This document shows, in pieces, positions 57,006-58,922 of a stretch of DNA of 58,922 bases (position 1 is its first letter; each line of letters opens with the position of its first letter). The translations under genes and the position numbers were made by a program. The notes beneath the pieces were generated by a model. The model was given only the letters and a program-made list of their open reading frames with translations, was not told the origin of the DNA and searched no databases. Origin of the DNA: Candidatus Staskawiczbacteria bacterium RIFOXYB1_FULL_38_37 (GTDB lineage Bacteria > Patescibacteriota > Minisyncoccia > Minisyncoccales > Staskawiczbacteraceae); NCBI GenBank assembly GCA_001822075.1, contig MHPK01000006.1, positions 124,977-183,898 on the forward strand, written 5' to 3'.

Positions 57006-58766
57006 TTACTCTACAATAACTCTTAAAACTTCTTCTATTGAAGTAAGCCCTTGGGCGGCTTTTATAAAGCCGTCCTCAACCATTGTGCGCATTCCGTCTA
57101 ATATGGCTTGCTCTGCTATTTCGTTTGTCGCTGATTTTTTTACAATTAAAGTTTTTATTTTTTCAGTCACCGGCAGAACTTCAAAAATTCCTATTCTTCC
57201 TTTATATCCGTCCGGGCAGTCTTTTGAGGGCTTGGCTCTGAAAAAATTAACATCTTCTATTTTATCTTTTGCTTTTGCCAAGCCTTCTTTTTTTAAAATC
57301 TCTAAAATTTTATTTAAGTCGCAATATTTTGATAAATTTTTTAAATCAGCTTGTTTTAATTTGTAAGGCTCTTTCTCCTCATAAATTTTTCTGACAAGCC
57401 TTTGGGCTATTATCAAATTCAAGGTTGAAGAAATTAAAAAGGGTTCAGCTTTCATGTCAATAAGCCTGGGCATTGTTCCTGCGGCTGAAGTGGTGTGCAA
57501 AGTAGACAAAACCAAATGGCCTGTTAAAGCTGCATTAATTGCAAGCCCGGCTGTTTCGTCATCTCTAATTTCTCCCACCATAATAATATCAGGGTCCTGC
57601 CTCACCAGCACCCTGAGGCCGGCGGCAAACGTCAATCCTATTTTTGAATTCACCTGCGTCTGGTTTATTCTCGGCATTCTGTATTCAATAGGGTCTTCAA
57701 CAGTTGAAATATTTACATCGGGAGTGTTTAATATCTCCATCATTGTGTACAAAGTGGTTGTTTTTCCAGACCCCGTTGGCCCTACCACCAAAATCATTCC
57801 AGCCGGCCTTTCCAAATTATCTTGCACATATTCTAAAGCTTTGTCGGCAAGACCCAACCCCTCCAAAGTAGTTGCTTTTACGTCTTCTGCGAGCATTCTC
57901 ATTACAATTTTTTCTCCGTTATACACTGGCAAAACAGAAACCCTGACAGAATATTTAAAATATTCTGTCTCAATTTTAAACCTGCCATCTTGCGGAAGCC
58001 TGTGCTCGTCAAGCTTTAAATTAGAAAGCACTTTTATCCTGGCTACAATGCCGGGAGCCACAGAAACCGGGAGGGTCATCACAACGTGCAAAATTCCGTC
58101 AACTCTGTAGCGCACAATAACCTCTTTTTCCAAGGGTTCTATATGCACATCAGACGCTCTTTGCAAAATAGCGTGCTTTAGCAAAGTATCAACAACTTTT
58201 ATTATAGGAAGCTCTTCTGCGGCCTTCTGCAATCTTTCCTTGCCTCCGAAAATTTCAGCTATGCCTTCGTCTTTTATGTGCCTTACATCTTGGGTTTCCT
58301 CTTTAATAATTTCTTTGAATTCTGTTTCCAGAGTTTTTTGGTATTGCGCTAAAGCATTTTTTATACCGCTGGTTGTGGTAAGACAGGAAACTATTCTTAA
58401 AGAAGGATTGCTCTTTTGTATAAATTCAATGGTTCTTAAGTCTTCTGGGTCCAACATAGCAACCTCAAGCTTGTTGCCTTGTTTTTTAAAAGCAATAATA
58501 TTGTGCACTCTGGCTATGGGCTCTGGAATTATTTTTAAAATTTCCGCGGGAATTGCCTCTTTGTTTAAATTTATAAAAGGTATCCCAGACAGATGCGCCT
58601 TGATTTTTATAAACTCCTCTTCTGGCAAAAGCCCTGATGCAACCAAAATATCGCCAACTTTTCTGTTGCCTTCTTTGCTTTCTAACAGGGCTTTTTCAAA
58701 CTGCTTTTCTGAAACAAGCCCTGCGTCCAAAAGAAACTTTTTCAGTTTCTGTTCGTCAATTTTCAT
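57006..58766 (-). CDS. pilB: type IV pilus extension ATPase PilB (GspE family)
   Basis: ASDVHIEP, GPTGSGKTTTLY, EDPIEY, LVRQDPDIIMVGEIRD, LTGHLVLSTLHT. Confidence 0.95.
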   Translation of the reverse strand: MKIDEQKLKKFLLDAGLVSEKQFEKALLESKEGNRKVGDILVASGLLPEEEFIKIKAHLSGIPFINLNKEAIPAEILKIIPEPIARVHNIIAFKKQGNKLEVAMLDPEDLRTIEFIQKSNPSLRIVSCLTTTSGIKNALAQYQKTLETEFKEIIKEETQDVRHIKDEGIAEIFGGKERLQKAAEELPIIKVVDTLLKHAILQRASDVHIEPLEKEVIVRYRVDGILHVVMTLPVSVAPGIVARIKVLSNLKLDEHRLPQDGRFKIETEYFKYSVRVSVLPVYNGEKIVMRMLAEDVKATTLEGLGLADKALEYVQDNLERPAGMILVVGPTGSGKTTTLYTMMEILNTPDVNISTVEDPIEYRMPRINQTQVNSKIGLTFAAGLRVLVRQDPDIIMVGEIRDDETAGLAINAALTGHLVLSTLHTTSAAGTMPRLIDMKAEPFLISSTLNLIIAQRLVRKIYEEKEPYKLKQADLKNLSKYCDLNKILEILKKEGLAKAKDKIEDVNFFRAKPSKDCPDGYKGRIGIFEVLPVTEKIKTLIVKKSATNEIAEQAILDGMRTMVEDGFIKAAQGLTSIEEVLRVIVE

Positions 58767-58922
58767 TTGTTTATTTGTTTATTATAACACGCAAAGCATA
58801 ATCAAAAAACAATATGTTTTTCACACCCTATATATAAATAACTCACCGACTGACGCCGGTGAGTTATTCGGGTTTTAGAGCTAAATTTTAGTATAATATA
58901 CGTTTTTGCCGATTTTACCTAC

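Noticed and set aside
58239-58273. Possible degenerate palindromic insert in pilB (DEGIAEIFGGKE)
   Set aside because: Weak self-complementarity and no second copy in the window; the region is naturally variable in PilB

Overview
58.9-kb window from a Patescibacteria (CPR) genome, most likely Parcubacteria; this assignment is inferred from gene content and repeat types. Genetic code 11: TGA is a stop, e.g. in secF. Nearly all genes lie on the minus strand. Core content: polyprenyl synthetase (partial), sigma70-r4/HARE-HTH protein, secF, secD, secA, a complete F1Fo ATP synthase set (atpBEFHA-GDC) split by an insertion, rlmE, a tRNA-Asn(GTT) with a group I intron at 35/36, and a type IV pilus cluster (pilB, pilC, minor pilins, pilMNO). 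Accessory content: two GNATs, two AbiEii-type TA pairs, a PEP-CTERM gene, a cohesin/dockerin/vWA surface cluster, NYN, STAS and Fic genes, and a 6.3-kb block bounded by 27-bp direct repeats. The strongest non-gene signal is at least six families of short GC-rich palindromic elements sitting in-frame inside housekeeping ORFs (secA, secF, atpC, atpD, atpG, a phosphoesterase, an AlkD-like gene and a pilin leader). Also notable: AT-rich intergenic repeats, 12-bp-phased ACGT arrays, direct-repeat-flanked foreign cassettes and an atypical tRNA-like RNA with two alternative acceptor stems. No transposase, integrase or CRISPR array was seen. All protein-family calls come from motif recognition, not database searches.
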